Below are positions 63,579 through 64,000 of a stretch of 64,000 nt of DNA, piece by piece; the stretch's first letter is position 1; each line of letters begins with the position of its first letter. The notes beneath the pieces are model-generated. The model was not told the origin of the DNA and made no database searches. It saw nothing but the letters and a program-made list of their open reading frames with translations. Made by a program: the position numbers and the translations under genes. Source of the DNA: an uncultured Bacteroidota bacterium (GTDB lineage Bacteria; Bacteroidota; Bacteroidia; AKYH767-A; 2013-40CM-41-45); the NCBI GenBank assembly GCA_963775555.1, contig CAVZJJ010000004.1:408420-472419 (forward strand). The letters run 5' to 3'.

Positions 63579-64000
63579 TTATAAGCTCCAGTAGTTAATA
63601 TCTTTTATTTTTTTATTATACATCCCTTTAATATCGATAAGTATTCCTTCACTGGAGAGGATGCTTTTAAACCAGGCTTCATCTTTGTCTGCATATTCAC
63701 GGTGATTCACTGCAACAATTACTGCATCATAGTCTTTCCCAATTTCCTTTATCAATTCAAATCCATATTCATGTTTTAGTTCGGATGAGTCAGCTCGCGG
63801 ATCCGTAACTTCTACTTGTACGCCGTAAGAAGTCAATTCTTTCACTACATCTGCAACTTTGGAATTTCGAATATCTTCAACATTCTCCTTGAAGGTTGCT
63901 CCCATTACCAGGACGCGGCTCTTGGAAACATCTTTTCCTGTGGCAATTATTTTCTTTACTGTTTGTTTTGAAACATAAAATCCCATGCTGTCATTTACAT
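63579..64000 (-). CDS. nucleotide-sugar dehydrogenase (UDP-glucose/GDP-mannose dehydrogenase family, TviB/WbpO-like), 5' part outside window
   Basis: The frame stays open to the window edge (VNDSMGFYVSKQ...). The C-terminal domain motif is VLVMGATFKENVEDIRNSKV. Confidence 0.8.
   Translation of the reverse strand, partial: VNDSMGFYVSKQTVKKIIATGKDVSKSRVLVMGATFKENVEDIRNSKVADVVKELTSYGVQVEVTDPRADSSELKHEYGFELIKEIGKDYDAVIVAVNHREYADKDEAWFKSILSSEGILIDIKGMYNKKIKDINYWSL

Overview
This window reads as a Bacteroidota-type chromosomal segment and is almost entirely housekeeping. Supporting signs are TAnnTTTG -7 boxes upstream of many genes, almost no Shine-Dalgarno sites, and the phylum-typical rpsL-to-rplQ gene order without tuf. 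From 5' to 3' it holds: a DEGS-like sphingolipid desaturase (partial), murA, a TlpA-like thioredoxin, grpE-dnaJ, an ABC-2 exporter pair, an orphan 345-aa protein behind a possible structured leader, ppx/gppA, a sigma-54 activator without a DNA-binding domain, and a YD-like repeat protein. Next come a glutamate/dicarboxylate symporter, a six-gene minus-strand sulfur operon (Crp/Fnr, half-size TauE, persulfide dioxygenase-rhodanese fusion, small Cys membrane protein, two rhodaneses), alaS, an M23 peptidase, a MerR-like gene and an HldD-like epimerase. Then follow mqnD-mqnB divergent from a PTPS-folE pair, a BI-1/YccA protein, fabD, a GH3-family adenylating enzyme with a secreted partner, a deoxynucleoside kinase with a histone-H1-like tail, a dihaem cytochrome c, a Na/Pi cotransporter, a flavin reductase, tRNA-Leu(UAG) and tig-clpP-clpX. 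The window ends with the complete str/S10/spc/alpha ribosomal superoperon (rpsL to rplQ, including secY, map, infA, rpoA), carA, and the start of a polysaccharide locus (cpsB-type phosphatase, WbpP-like epimerase, rfbB, galE, sugar dehydrogenase). The most conspicuous property is that single-base indels are packed into discrete blocks (17.4-22.7 kb, about 33.96-34.37 kb, 37.4-61.4 kb, with sporadic ones at 2.2-4.9 kb). The blocks in between read cleanly. Essential genes (alaS, fusA, secY, rpoA, most r-proteins) are unreadable as written, so I treat these as sequence errors and report full gene spans. I found no transposase, integrase, phage, CRISPR, toxin-antitoxin or recognisable defence genes, and I do not see a convincing new multigene system. 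The best leads are modest: the sulfur operon, the promoter-driven structured leader plus the internally duplicated orphan protein at 7.6-8.8 kb, the YD-like repeat protein, the GH3-partner pair, the basic low-complexity tails on dNK/S3/L17, and a switch-like hairpin pair in the long rpsG-fusA spacer. All coordinates of frameshifted genes are approximate at the indel sites.
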